Below, piece after piece: positions 1 to 13,732 of a stretch of DNA of 64,000 nt. A program made the position numbers and the translations under genes. Origin of the DNA: Paecilomyces variotii (taxonomy: Eukaryota); NCBI GenBank assembly GCA_004022145.1, contig RCNU01000011.1; one strand, written 5' to 3'. The notes beneath the pieces were generated by a model, which was not told the origin of the DNA, ran no database searches, and saw only the letters and a program-made list of their open reading frames with translations. How positions within the stretch are numbered: position 1 is the first letter of the stretch; every line of letters starts with the position of its first letter.

Positions 1-625
1 AGTGGCGTGTTGCTCAACCCTGTAGAGCCTTGATGACAGAGTCCAGCCGCAGTCAACAAAGGCGCAGTGCGGGACACCTGTTTCAGAGACGTAAGAAAGA
101 CCGAATTAAGAGGACGGGGATGTCCTAAATTTCAAGCGTAAAGAGAGTCGCCAAACAAGCACCGCAACGAAAGACGTGAGCGGAGAAATAGACAGACAAC
201 AGGAAAGAAATGTAAATAATACACGAAGCTCCCTCGCAGCCTCGCCACTGAGACACGGAGACTGCGGAGAAACCGAACTTATCGCCTTATCACCGGATTA
301 CCGCCTGAGGTGTCAACAGCCCTTCACCGCCTTTCCGGCAGCCTATAGCGACCATCCGCGCAGCGTGACAGGGGCAGTTTGGTCCACCCGAATAGTTAGT
401 CCGATATACTCGTGGGGATACATATATGTTCTTGTCTTGCTGTCGTCCCGGGTGTCATCGAGCTGCTATCCGTTCATGAGCCCTTTGCTCCTCTGTCTGC
501 TCTTGAATGGAGGCTTGCGCAATGTTCCTTTCCCTTATGTATGATTTCTAGAGCCCCTCCAATCTTCCTGGACGCGGTCTTGGGCGCAATCACGGACTGC
601 CTCCGCTCAGCGGCCAGATGCCACC

Positions 626-3600
626 ATGGGACTCGACCCTCTCTCCCCTATCGCCCCTGCGCGTCTGCGAGCGCTTCTTCTTCCTGTCGGCAAGATCAAA
701 CGCTCGCGTTTCCTGAGCTTTGCCGCAAGGCTACAGGCTGAGAATGTCGTTCGACTCGGGGACATCAGCCCGGACTCGCGGCCCAACAGAAGTACGTGTC
801 CAACTTACGGCAGGATGATATTACGGGGGATTTTTTGAGGATCTATGAGGCTTATTCTGGTTTACGGCAGACATGTTTTCTCCCCTAGCATTCCCCACTG
901 GAATGATAATATACGACCTTTCTATTTCGGTTCCGCCGACTTCTCATCTAGAGCTATTCCCGTTCGAAGTATTCAGGGAACCTTTGGTTGTAATAGGAAT
1001 TGCGGATGGCACTGAGCTCCCTGGGCCGTCAGAGATCTCGAATGGCGCCCCGGTAATACCGTCACAAGAATCCGGTACGCTCAAACCGCCAACCCCTCAC
1101 GGACTCGAGGGTCTATTGGAGGAGTTGAAACTGGTCAAGGAACATAATCCAAGAGCGCAGGTCCACCAGTTACTTGTGTTTGATTATCATGGTCTGGATA
1201 AGCTTGTTAGTGGTCCTGAAGAGGTCACATGGGTTCCCCGGCCGGAAGCCTCGAAGGCGACAACTATAAAGACCGTATTGTGCGACATTACCTCACTTCT
1301 TTTGGGCGAGCTTGATGAGTTCGCAAAGATAATGCAGAGTATACCCTCAATTGAATCCCCGCGGGCATCTTCCTGGGGGCCTCGGCGGAATCCAGAGCTT
1401 CGTCCGCGACCAGTAGACAAACTCTTACATCGAGTGACTATGCCTGCACAGCTACCGTCCACACCAAACGGTGCCCCCGATGGCCATCCAGCGTCTGGAC
1501 GCAGTTCACCAGCCTCCGCAGATCATGATTCTCCCACCACGTTCGATGAAATCACTCGGTCCATACAGTTGGCTAACCGTGCCAGTTCTCTGGGGAAGCC
1601 TAGTTCAGCATCTTCTTCCAAAGAGCACAGCCGTGACCGGATGTCAGTGCAGGGGTTAAGTGCAACAGACCGGACCAAAAATCGCATTAAAGGACGGTTC
1701 GGGGTAGTAGTCGGTACCCTGTTTCTCCAGGCTGGTCGGTGGCCAGACGCTCTGAAAGAATTAGTTGAGGCTGCATCTATGGCAAGAGCTAGCAGTGATT
1801 ATGTTTGGCACGGAAAAGCACTTGAGTCTATCCTTCTTTGTTTATTGATGTTTGGCTGGGCCGGGATGGATTTTCAAGTATGGCATTTCCCTGGCTATTC
1901 GACTCTGTATATAGGACCTTCATTGCTGACACCTGACAGATACCCCCCATTTGCTATCCCGTTGCGGATAAATCGAGTTCTAAGGCATCATACTATACGG
2001 CATCTGCCCCGGGTATCGACACATCTACTCTGGGACAGGCTGGCCCTGGAAACCGTATCGTCTCTCTACAGAATCTAGCTAATTTGCTACCTGATCTGTC
2101 AAATAACATCCTGAACCTGTATAATCGCGCTGCCAACATAACTGACGAACCTCTGCCCCAGCTCGTATATTCAGAGACTGTCATACGTCTGGCGAGACTA
2201 CAGACGGCAGTGAGAATACGAGATGGGACGCTGGATGACAATGCCCTGCAACATGTCGTTATGAACGAGCCATTGGTGCCTGTGCATAATCCAGAACGCC
2301 CCGTTGGCGCGACATTATTGCGCAAAACTGATATATCCAACTTTTTGCTTCGTGCTCTGCCTCTTTCTCCTGGCTCTGAGCTCCCAGCGACAGACTCGGT
2401 GCCCATCCTAGTCGGTATAGCATCGGTTCTCGGCACACTCGATCTACCGAGGAAGAAAGCTTTTATCTTGAGAGAACTCCTATCCGTCATGGTACCAAGC
2501 CTAGTTCAGGCTAGAAAAATTGGCGCTGCGGAAATAGGTATTCATCCAGCAGCAGGTCTCTCATCTCTAAGCGATGCGGCATTCGACATAAATGCGCTCG
2601 ATATGGGTCCAGGAAATATGGAGTCTACCGTGCGTACTCTGCTTGCCTCGATTGGAGAGACATATGGCGTGCAACCATCGGCGTCCCATGAGTTTGAGCG
2701 GCACCGACGTTTGTCGGCGATGTCGAACCTCGAGGGCAATACGGAATATGATTCAGTGGCTGCGATTGTCGAACGGTCGTTCCGCCACGTGGCTTTGAAT
2801 GGGTATGGAGACCTGGACTTGAAGATTGATGTTCTCAAAGCATCGATCAACTTTTGTGAGGCGCTTCCTGATTTCGAGGGAGTCCTTCGGTTCACCGTGG
2901 AACTTCTGCAGACTATCAGAGGTGATTTGATGCTCCCCGAATACGATCGTCTTACGCCGTCACTGTCCCCTGAAGAACAGATTCGCCTCCTCAACAATAT
3001 TAAACGAACGGTGGGGGCTGCTCGTAAACTCGGGGCGCCAAATCTGGAAGCCGAATACTGGGATGACTTTTTGATCCGTGGAGTTGAACTGCTGGAGTTA
3101 CCTCACTTCAAAAGGCCTATCCGCCGAACGAAAAAGGACTGGAATGCAGCAACAGCTAGCAGCGATAGGTCCAAAAAGGACCCGTTCCTGTACAGCCCTT
3201 TTTCAAAGCCAAGCAGCAAGGCGTCAGAGCCGCTGCTTATTGCCGGGGAACCAGCCTCCTTCAAAGTCACTCTTCAAAATCCGTATGAATTCGATGTAGA
3301 GATCGAAAGTCTGAGACTTGACGGTGAAGGCGTACCACTGGACGCCGTCGCGCAAGGAATCTGGCTACCTCCACTCTCGATTCAGGAGGTTATTCTTTCA
3401 GGTGTTGCACATGATGAAGGTACACTGAACGTCACTGGCTGCATTGTGAAGGTTCAGCATTGCAGGCAGCGAAAGTTCCCTATCTTCTCTAAACTGTGGA
3501 AACCTGAACCGGAGACGAAGTTCAAACGGACAGGGCTCTCCGCAAAAAAGCCGGTTTGTGAACGCCCCTTTTCCTGGAGCTCCACGACTTCAATAGGAGG

Positions 3601-5278
3601 AAAGTTACTTTCGAAGAAGGGCCCTGAGACATCGTCGTGTCCGATCACTGTCATAAAGAAGCAGCCTACCGTCCTTGTACAATCAGTGTCGCTATCGCAG
3701 TCAGCAATCATGGTTCTGGAGGGCGAGACAAGATCTTTCGAAGTCACACTCCAGAACACCTCCTCTTGCCCTGCTGATTTTGTCCTGTTCACCTTCCAAG
3801 ATTCTACTACCAGGCAACTCCAATCTGCTCTGAGCAATAGAGATCTTCTCCCTGCCGAGATATATGAGCTAGAGCTCCAATTACTGACCAAGCACCCGTT
3901 ACGGTGGCGCCGGAAAAATGCCGATGCTAGCGATTTATCTATTCCACCGGGCCAGAGTGCTACTTTCACGGTTGAAGTTTTTGGAAAGCCAGGCTTACAA
4001 GACGCTATTGTGCAAATCGACTATTGCCATGTTGGCACTTCTTCGTCGGATTTACCAGAAGTCTTCTATACCAGGCAAATGCTGCTGCCGATTACGATCA
4101 CTGTTAACGCCAGCATAGAGGTAGCTCGTTGCGATATACTTCCGTTGAGTGGTGATCTAGCATGGTCCAACATTGGTGACCATAAGTATGATACCGATGG
4201 CGATCCTTCCGGGACGGCGAATGGACCCTTGGTGAGCACTTCGAAGAAGAGTGACGAACAGTTCCCATCGCTTTTCTCTCGACTTGGGTTGTCCGAGAAA
4301 GCTTCTGAGCATTGTCTTCTTCTGCTGGACCTTCGCAACGCGTGGCCAGAGCCAATATCTGTATCACTCTATTCCAGTGAAGAACCTGACCGAGTACCGA
4401 CGGACAGCAATATTGATCAAGCTGTTGTCACTGGAAATCTCCAACCTGGCCAGACATCGCGTTTCGTTCTTGTTATTCCGCGCATCTTTTTGGACGATCC
4501 TCATGCTTCGATTCCTGTTCTCGATACAGGCTTAAAGAGACAATTTGTGGTCAGCGCTAATAAACTATCTTTTGAGGCTGAAGCCGCTTCCAGAGAGGCG
4601 TTCTGGTACAGGGAAGACCTTCTCAAGCGCATCTTTGGGTTGTGGAGAGAAGAAAACAGTGGAAGACAGGGTGAGATAGAATTCCGCAATATTCGTCTCA
4701 GCCCACGAATGGTGGATGCGATGCGAATGGAGGATGTTGATATTTCATTCTCCTTGAATCCTATGAACGTCGGCAGTGGCGACGGTGAACAGGGCGGCCA
4801 AACGAACGCTATCACTCGGGTCGGACATGCGAAATACGCTGTCAGGACGGACGACTTCCTCACGCTTTCTGTGAAGGTCCACAACCGTTCTTCAAGACCT
4901 ATCCACCCTCTACTTCGATTACAGCCTGGTCTTCGGAACCAGCCGAATGCAGTCGCCCTCGACCTTTCCCGGCGCATGGCTTGGACCGGAATGCTGCAGC
5001 GCGTATTGCCGATAGTGAAAGGCGGGGAAACAGCAGAGGCGACATTGAGCGTAACCATCCTTACTAGAGGAGAGTATGAATTCGGAGCCAGTGTTGAGGA
5101 AGTTAGGGTTCTGAAACCTCTGCCTCGCTCAGCGAAGAGCGATCAAGATGGACAAACGAGGCGTGCAACCTTCTCTGAACGAGAAGATATCATCGAAGAC
5201 ACCTTCGGCGTAGGGGTAACCAAAACCAGACGCATATGGCATGCCAGAGAGACATGTGTATTATCTGCCCATGACTAA
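626..5278 (+). CDS. TRS120: TRAPPII complex subunit Trs120 (HypA/TRAPPC9 family). Exons 626-791, 871-1877, 1940-5278
   Basis: N-terminus MGLDPLSPIAPARLRALLLPVG and motif FSPLAFPTGMIIYD are typical of fungal Trs120/HypA. Two GT-AG introns (792-870, 1878-1939) join three ORFs in frame. Confidence 0.92.
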
Positions 5279-6348
5279 AACCACAGCCCTCTTCTCAACT
5301 TCTTTCCGCTTGCTATCCCACGACGAATCCGGAGCGGGAGCCATATCTCTCTTCTCCAATTGAAAGTTCCAAAGAACATCATGATTGCAATATTTTCAAT
5401 GACGCGTATCCCGCATTTTATTATCCTTTTTTTCTCCCTGCGCGAACGCGGAGACACGAACGAGTACGGCTTACGAATTGTACATAGAGAAAGTGCATAG
5501 GCTTTCAACATTGCGGTTCTCGAGTCCCCAGCTGGGGGCTATCTACGGAATTATGGTGGTTCATGTAATGCATAGTTAAGTCTACCTTGTTAGTTGGGGT
5601 GGATTGTTATGTCGTTTCCGTTGAGACAAGGTTATTTTTGGGTCTTCTCTGTGTATGATAATATATTTGTTGAGTAGTATCATCTACTGTCCATTTATTG
5701 TGAGAATCTCTTAACCACATGAGGTGTCGTAAATAGCCTGATGTGGTAAAGGTGAAAAGATGGTAAATCCTGTATCAGCATGAGAAGCTGCGCTGTCATG
5801 GCCGACTAAAGTCCCATACATGTCGATACCAGACACAGAGAGAAGCGACCCATGCTCTTCCATGATTATTGTGTTTTCCGGCGTAAGCAGGGTAGCACTC
5901 GATTGTCCTCGATCAGCTACACGGAGCTGTCAAGAGTCATATGTGCGACGACGAATCACGCCTTCTCCCGAGATCGCACGAGACGACAAGCGTACAGCTT
6001 GTCTTCCATTCCTTCTGCCTGCATAATCCTCTTCGCCCTGTTGTGGACAGCTGTGCCATTTGTTGTGAGAACATTTGGATAAGTTCCATTCTGACCCTAG
6101 TGGTTGCCTCTGCAGACATAATAGTCGAGGTCCAGGCCAGCAAATTCCAAATCTGCGTAGTTGGCAATCAGACCCTAATGGCGTCGCGAACTTCCACTAT
6201 CAGCAGCGGAGGGGTCTCAATTTGAGGATTCTGTTTCGATCTATGGCAATCCAGACGGGTATGAAAGCCCCGTCGAAGTACCTGAGCCATCAAGAAATAA
6301 CCTTGAGGGGGCATCAGATCGAAACTCGCCGAGATAATCTCCTTCGCA

Positions 6349-6871
6349 TCAGATGCACTCAAGAACAAGATCAACAATGGCGAAGAAAACATCACGGTCC
6401 GGTTCAGCTGAGTCTAATCCGAGACCAACAACGAGAAGTCTCTTCTCATTGGGGTTTTTCATGACGATAGCACTCGCGATCTGGCGCGCATAGAGTTGGC
6501 CTACGATGTCATGCCCTGCAGCATGACCACCAAGGATTGATGTCGTTGTCAGATTAGTCATTGGTAGGAGACTATCATCATCTCCATCGGAAATCGTGTG
6601 CAAACCGTCAGTTCCAGGGTTCAGATTTTCAAGTGGTACATGGAGCTGACAAAGAGATTAGCGTATGACAGGTATGAATCAACGCTAGAGCTCGTACCCA
6701 GTGAGCCAGTTTTCCTTTCTGCGAAACGGTGACAAGGATCTTGTCCGCAAAGCCAATCGACATAACGTCTGTCTTGACCCCGTTGATCACTCCGGCAGTT
6801 TGCTTGGTAGTTGCGGGGAAGGGAGCATTGATGACCTCGTGGAGATTACTGAGGTCAAGAGGATCGGCCAT
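6349..6871 (-). CDS. Proteasome assembly chaperone 3 (PAC3/PSMG3)-like protein; one intron 6646-6697
   Basis: Two ORFs joined by a GTACGA...CAG intron give ...FADKILVTVSQKGKLAHW|LHVPL...TTSILGG...QLYARQIASAI...LLVVGLGL, which resembles the PAC3 family. Divergent from DHR1. Confidence 0.75.
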
Positions 6872-7182
6872 CTTGAACTAGGTTGTCTTGTTCTAGAGAT
6901 AAATGTAGATTTCCTATCCGTATATTCTTAGAAACAGTCTTGGAGTGCAAGAAGCATTGAGAGAGCTATTAAGTGTAGATAAACTCGACATCGCGCAGTC
7001 CACAATGATTGCGGAGAGCGAAGGCGGTGAAGGTCTGTACACACCGCCTTAGCGGCAGAATATCTCCGCCGCTCTAATTCCGCCCAACTTTTTTCGGAAA
7101 TCTCGACGAGGAAGAAAAAGCTGCACCGCAGGCAAGGTTCCTTTGTGTCGACTTCTCCTGTCGAAGCTTGCCATCGGACATC

Positions 7183-10100
7183 ATGGCGAAGCCCAAGCCT
7201 CGACAGCGCAAGAATAAGCACAGACAACAGGAGAATGCTGGCGCTCAACAACAAGACACGAATGTCGTGGAGCTGTTGCCCACTTCTAAGGCGGAGAAGG
7301 AAGAAAGAAGGCGAAAGCTGAGAGAGGAGTTGCGCGCGTCGCAACCGAAAATCTCTGCGAAGAAACAGAAGCGTCTCGATAAATATATTGTACGGAAATT
7401 ATCAAATTTTTCTCGTGTTGGGATAATACTAATCCAACCTACAGGAGAACAAGCTGAAAAAGGAAGAAAACCTCGAGCTTCTGAAGAAACTCGCGCAGAC
7501 GAAAGTCGATACCTCTGTCTTCCAAAGTTCTAAGAATATCAATCCAACTTCAGCGAAGCGCAAGAGGGAGGACTCTGAACCTCCAGTATCTCAGCCTGGG
7601 CCGGTCAGTGATGCTGGAAAGACAGTCGAAGATATTGATCTCTCCGGTGACGAAAGTGACGAGTCCGATCAGAAGCTAAAGAGTGGTACTGGTTCCGGCC
7701 GGGGTGTGGAGGCAGAGAAGAAGGGGCCATCAGCTCCAACTCCGGCCGTTGGAAGTGGCCTGAAGAGACCTCTCGAAGTTGGACCGAACGGATTCCCAAT
7801 CTTAAAGAAGCGGAAGAGAGCACCCAAGTTGAAGCCAGTTCCTGTCGAAGAAATACCATGGGAAGGGTTTGGTTCTGATGAGGATGGCTCTGAGGACGAG
7901 GAAGACGGAAAAGATGATGAGGTTAGGAGCGAATCGTCGGGCCATTCGGAAAGTGACGAGGATGGAAACGATGAATCCGGTTCGTCGAGCCAAGACACGA
8001 ATTCTGAAGATGAGGATGAGGATGAAGAAGAAGAAAATGAGACAGGATCTGAGACTGAAGAACCTGAGCAGCCTCGGAAATCCGCATTCAAGGCTTGGGC
8101 CGTACAGCAGATCAATGAGGTTGTCGGCTTCAAGCCTACGGAAGGTCCAGTTTTCACACATATCACTTCTGCAGAACTCGCGGTCCCTGCGAATAAAGTA
8201 CCGAGAAATACTGTTGAGGAGGACGAGCCTTTGCCGCAGGAACTACTACCAACAAAAGGAGACCCGTACCGAAAGGCCTTCAGTGTCCAGGTCGACAGGT
8301 CTGAGGAAATACAGAACTCACGACTTGGATTACCCGTCGTCGGCGAGGAACAGAAAATTATGGAAGCGATCCATAATAATCCCTCCGTTGTCATTTGGGG
8401 AGCCACTGGAAGTGGAAAAACAACACAGCTACCGCAGTTTCTGTTCGAAGCTGGGTATGGACATCCCGACAGCCCTAATCCCGGAATGATCGCTGTGACG
8501 CAGCCTCGACGAGTGGCTGCTGTCAGTATGGCGAAGCGAGTAGGTGATGAACTGGGACAATATTCTGACAAGGTCTCGTATCAAATCCGCTTCGACAGCA
8601 CTGTCTCGAACAAGACAGCCATCAAGTTCATGACCGACGGTATTCTTCTTCGAGAAATCGCTCAGGACTTTGCCCTGACCAAGTATTCTGTTATAATTAT
8701 CGATGAGGCTCACGAGAGAAGTGTCAATACCGATATTCTCATTGGTATGGTGAGCCGCATAGTTGATCTGCGAAAAGATATGGGCAAAGAAGATCCTTCA
8801 ATCAAGCCGCTGAAGCTTGTGATCATGTCTGCTACTCTGCGAATATCGGATTTCACGCAAAATCCAAGCCTTTTCAAACATGGTCCTCCACCATTGGTAC
8901 AGGCAGAAGGTCGCCAGTATCCAGTTACTGTTCATTTTGCGCGACGGACTCACCGGGATTATGTTGAGGAGGCATTCCGCAAGGTCTCTCGCGGCCATAG
9001 AAAGCTACCTCCTGGAGGTATGCTGGTCTTCCTAACTGGCCAGAACGAGATAAAACAGCTTGCCAAGCGACTAAAACAAACTTTCAAACCAACACAAAGA
9101 GGGGAGTCGACACAAGGAAAAGTCCAGATGGCAGCTAAAGATGCCCCATTGGAAGCTGAAGATCTGGAGCTAGGCGGTCCGGAGGTGTCAGCCCCTGGGG
9201 ATGTAGCTGATGACGACAGTGACATGGACATCAGAGGACTCGACGATGACAGTGAGGATGACGAAGGCTTTGACCTAGAAGAAGAGAGCATGGACTCCTC
9301 CACCCGAGTCCATGTCCTACCTCTATATTCTCAGCTTCCTACGAAGGAGCAGCTGAGGATATTCGAACCACCCCCAGAAGGCTCCCGACTTATTGTCTTA
9401 GCGACGAATGTGGCAGAGACAAGTTTGACTATACCAGGGATCAAATACGTATTCGATTGTGGACGGTCCAAAGAGAAGCAATACGATTTGGCGACTGGTG
9501 TTCAAAGTTACCAAATCGGCTGGATCAGCAAGGCAAGCGCAAACCAAAGAGCTGGACGTGCTGGACGAACGGGGCCGGGTCACTGCTACCGCCTGTACTC
9601 GTCCGCTATATATGAGGGCGAATTTGCGGAATATACCGATCCCGAGATCCTGCGGACTCCCATTGAGGGAGTCGTCCTGCAGATGAAGAGCATGGGTCTG
9701 CACAACGTGATCAATTTCCCGTTCCCGACACCTCCCAGCCGCCAAGGTCTTGCTAAGGCAGAGAAATTATTGAAAAACCTGGGGGCCCTCTCTCCAGGTG
9801 GCCAGGTAACGGAGATTGGTCACCGCTTGTCAGTCTATCCTTTGTCTCCTAGGTTCGGAAAGATGCTGCAAATCGGTCACCAACATGGGTGTATGCCTTA
9901 CGTTATTGCCCTTGTTTCTGCGCTGGCTGTAGGGGATATCTTTATCCCAGAGAGTCAGCTAGACCTGAGCTCCTCAAATCGTGATGAGAAAGAGGTCTAT
10001 ACGAACGCTGAACGCTTGGAGGATACAGCTCGAGAGAAGCGCCGGAAGGACTACAATCGCGCTCATCGTCTCTTCAGCAAACACGATGATACTTCTGATG

Positions 10101-10852
10101 CTCTAAAGTATATGTCGGCTGTCTGTGCTTATGCCTATGCTTCGGATGCGGAGACTTTTTGTGAGCAGATGTTCCTCCGGGCCAAGGCCCTGAAGGAGAT
10201 TTCTCAACTCCGCCAGCAGCTGACAGATATTGTCCGTGCCAACAACCCCGGTCTGATCGGTGCTTATGAGACTCGTCTTCCTGAGCCCACCTCTAAGCAA
10301 GTGAAAGCACTGAAGCAGATTGTAACAGCAGGTTTCATTGACCAAGTCGCCATCCGTGCAGACCTGGCTCCTGTACCTCCTGAGATATCACGCACGCCTA
10401 AGAGAGCAATCGATGTTCCCTATATCACGCTCTTCCGTTCAAGAGAAGGAAAAGCGAAGGAACTCAGCGAGAAGGCTGTCTATGTCCATCCTTCATCGCT
10501 GCTGTCCCAACTCACTCCAAAGGAGATGCCCCAGTATATCGTCTATTCTCATTTGCAGCAATCCAGCGCGTCCCTGGTCTCGGATCAAACACCGAAGATC
10601 AGAATGTTCCCTCTTGCAGCACCCAGCGGACTCCAACTCTCCGCTCTCGCCCACGGCACGCCGCTAGTCGAATACGGAAAGCCGATCGGGAAGATAGAGT
10701 CTCTTGGAGGCGTTCCGGAGCGACGGGAATGCTGGGTCGTTCCATCGCTTGTTGGAGAGGCCGGAACTACAGGTTGGCCCTTGCCCGCAAAGAAAGTGGT
10801 GCAGAAAAAGGACTTGAAAGAAGGTTGGGTCATTGAGAAATTCCTCCAGTAA
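7183..10852 (+). CDS. DHR1: DEAH-box RNA helicase Dhr1/Ecm16 (DHX37), small-subunit processome; intron 7390-7444
   Basis: Motifs GATGSGKTTQ, TQPRRVAA, DEAHERS, SAT, ATNVAETSLTI and QRAGRAGR, plus an acidic N-terminal extension. The first exon from ATG 7183 splices in frame to the long ORF. Confidence 0.93.
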
Positions 10853-11145
10853 AAAAAGTATCTTTTTTGGAGTTACCATAAAAGGGCCATTGCAATGGCG
10901 GCGTCTATGGGTATATGTATATATCATGAATTGGTAAAAGCTTTCCACATACTCGCATTGAATAACTCTTTTTTTTACAAATATGATCATCAAGTAGTAT
11001 TTCCTTTTTCCCATAGAAAAAAACTATATCCCCCTAGCGGAAATTTGGGACACTGCACTTTAATTTCAACATGAGGAGACCCTCCCAACAAACGCCAGAA
11101 ACAAAACCATGAATGACGGATGTTCAGTATCAACTAGTCAGACAA

Positions 11146-11841
11146 TCACTCCCTAAATCCCTGTGAAGCGGCTCTCTCACGATCTCTCGGCCTCACGGGC
11201 CAAAGGTCTTTCTGTCTCTGGCTCTCCTTCTCCGCATACCGTCTTCCATCGGTCTCTGCACTCTCCCAATCATCCCGAATCCCCAACGCCCTCCGCAACC
11301 GCTCACTCTCCTGAATCTTCGCCTCCGCCTGCTCATGCACCTGATAGGATTTGAACTGCTTCCTCTCTCGAGGCGGCCCATCACGTCCCGGACGTCTTCT
11401 CGATCGAAGATCATCGGCACGATCAGCAGATCCTCCCTCTTCCAATTCCCGCAGTAATCGCTGTCTGAGCTCTTCGCATCGCTCATCGATTTCTTCCTCT
11501 GAAAGAACCTTCTTCTTCTTCTTCTCATCCCCATCATCATCGTCATCATCGGATTTCTTCTTCCCTTTACTCTTCTTCAGTTCCTCTTCAATGCGCTCGT
11601 TCTCCTCCTCTAGCCGTTCTCGCTCCTCAAGGACTTTCACTTCGATCGCGCGTTTTCGATCATGATCGAGGATCTGCTGGTCTGGTTTCCGTTGCTTGAA
11701 TGATGGTCCGTTTGATCCAGATACGGGAGGATAGGGCGCGCCGTAGCCGGAATCGCGGGGCTTGAGGAAGGCCGAGTTGCGTTGGACGTATCCTGACGTT
11801 CCACTTCCACGAGGCGTGGATAGACCAACGTTAGATGACAT
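11146..11841 (-). CDS. CWC21: Pre-mRNA splicing factor Cwc21 (SRRM2 N-terminal/cwf21 domain)
   Basis: Diagnostic N-terminus MSSNVGLSTPRGSGTSGYVQRN and ILDHDRKRAIEVK. The true start is probably ATG 11841 rather than the ORF-track start. Confidence 0.92.
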   Translation of the reverse strand: MSSNVGLSTPRGSGTSGYVQRNSAFLKPRDSGYGAPYPPVSGSNGPSFKQRKPDQQILDHDRKRAIEVKVLEERERLEEENERIEEELKKSKGKKKSDDDDDDGDEKKKKKVLSEEEIDERCEELRQRLLRELEEGGSADRADDLRSRRRPGRDGPPRERKQFKSYQVHEQAEAKIQESERLRRALGIRDDWESAETDGRRYAEKESQRQKDLWPVRPRDRERAASQGFRE

Positions 11842-12344
11842 GGTGAGGTGGTTGTTTTTTTCTTTTTTAAGAGGATGGCGAAGGGTGGCTAGTCGAATAA
11901 ATGCAGTCGATGTAATGTCTTTCACTCCGCGCTCATGATATGGATGACTCGGAGGACCATTCGACGCTCACGGCAGGATATCGAAGGCCGCGATTGTTTC
12001 CACAATGATATGGAAGTTAAACCCTCGAGGAACCTTTTTGCGCCCCAGTCAAAAGATTGTAAGGAAGCTTGTTTCTTGTAGCAGTGTTAAAGCGCGTTGA
12101 AGCGTAGCTCTTCGGAGGCACGATCTTATCAGTCATGTGACCTTACCTCACCGGTCTCTTCTACTCCATTAGGGGAGTTATGGCCGAATCGCGAATGAGT
12201 AGAGCTTAGGATCCTACAATCGTGCGTTAAAAATGGATTCTGTTTCGAGCAATGAGGTTCTCGATTTCGGACCCTCCGATACGATGATAGGGGAACAATG
12301 GGAGAAGGAAAAGAAAAAAAAGAAAGAAAAAAAAGAATCGTCTC

Positions 12345-12435
12345 TCCCCCGAGCCGGAATCGAGCCGGCGACCTTTCGGTAACAATGGAAAATCCTATTA
12401 CAGCCGAACGCCATATCCAACTAGACCATCGGGGG
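12345..12435 (-). tRNA. tRNA-Tyr (GTA) with a 17-nt intron (12381-12397)
   Basis: Cloverleaf on the minus strand: acceptor CCCCCGA/TCGGGGG+A, anticodon stem TTCGG/CCGAA, loop CT-GTA-A with the intron after position 37, T-stem GCCGG/CCGGC, and downstream oligo-T Pol III terminator. T-loop reads CTCGATT (C at position 54). Confidence 0.9.
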
Positions 12436-13732
12436 TTTGTGAGACGTCCTATTAAAGCCTATCCTGATATACATTGCAGACTATACGTACAATTAATCAT
12501 TGCCCCAAGCGTTGTTACATAGAAAGACAGAAATATCGAACTCTTGCTTAAGGTATCGAATTCCCCTTCTAATATGTTGACATACTGCTATTAAAGATAT
12601 TTTTGAGTGTAAATGAAGCTTAAAACAGAAAGCGTTGTTTGATAAGTTTGCTGTCGCAGCATTCCAGGATATTTTCTGGTGGCTAACACGACAAATATAT
12701 TCATACCAAGATCCGATCAGCCCTACTGACTTCTTCTCCGTGTATGTTATTGGAGACTGGAAATTCGAAGGCGATTCAGTGACAGTATTAACTGAAGCGC
12801 CAAATACACGCGTGGAAGGGCCTGGATCAAGTTATCAACTAACAAAGACGCGCTTTGGGAAGATCGCTTTTCGCGCGATCCATACAAACTGCTAAGGCTT
12901 CGAGGTCAGGCATAAGTGTATCTCAGCTAGAGAACTAGTGTCAGGACAGACAAGCCTACATATTTTGTAAAAGGAACGGAGATGCCTTAGACCTTTCGAA
13001 ATAATTCTATTTCATCCCGCCACATCAAGTTCTCAGAAGACGACCATAAAAAGGGCATGCCGCAGCCCAACAATAGCTTCGCGATCGAGGCCTAAGTCGA
13101 GAGATGGCACACAGATACTCTTTATGAAATCGGTTAAGCCTTACTGGATACAGTAGACTACCAATTCGTCTCGATATAGCATTAAGGAATGGACAAACAT
13201 CACTTCCGAATAAACAATACTTGATTTTGGATTAACTACACATGGAATAGGAACCCAGGGTGCAAGAAAAGCAACTCGAGGTAAACCATATAAAAAAGAA
13301 GGGGAAATTCCATATGTAAGTAACATTCAATAGAAATATGCATGACACCGCGATAGACCCCATATTCGACGCCAAACCCACGCCGACTGGCCCCGAAAAC
13401 AATAATTATTAACGAATATCGATGCATATCTTCATTTCATCAGTCTTTGGAGACAAATGACACGGAACATCAGCCCAAATTTGTAGAAACTGGGGATATG
13501 AGCAAAGCCGAGGTTTGATGAACACATATTATCCCTCTTCTTATCTTTGTTTTGCGCCTTCATTTTGTTTAGATACCGGCGAAAGAATCACACAGGTAAT
13601 TTGAACAAGGTTAATCCATATATCCTCCGAAGGTCCTGTATGTATACGCCTTGATGAATAAAAGAAAAAGTGAAATATTCAACACAAGGTAGTTAAGCGA
13701 AGTTGAGGTTCATGAAAAAGGCCCCAGATAAT

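Noticed and set aside
176-741. ORFs of 122 and 109 aa upstream of or overlapping TRS120
   Set aside because: GTG starts, no recognisable motifs; they lie in the promoter/5' leader of TRS120.
5479-5486. TGTACATA after TRS120 (and TGTATATA at 10916-10923 after DHR1) resembling PUF-binding elements
   Set aside because: Short motifs that are common in fungal 3' ends; proximity to the PUF gene is not evidence of targeting.
5820-6340. Several short overlapping ORFs between TRS120 and the PAC3-like gene
   Set aside because: No family signature in any frame; consistent with 3' UTR or intergenic DNA.
7669-8571. 300-aa minus-strand ORF (and similar antisense ORFs across TRS120, GPI13, TSC2, CSE1 and the NmrA-like gene)
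   Set aside because: Shadow frames of well-supported genes on the opposite strand.
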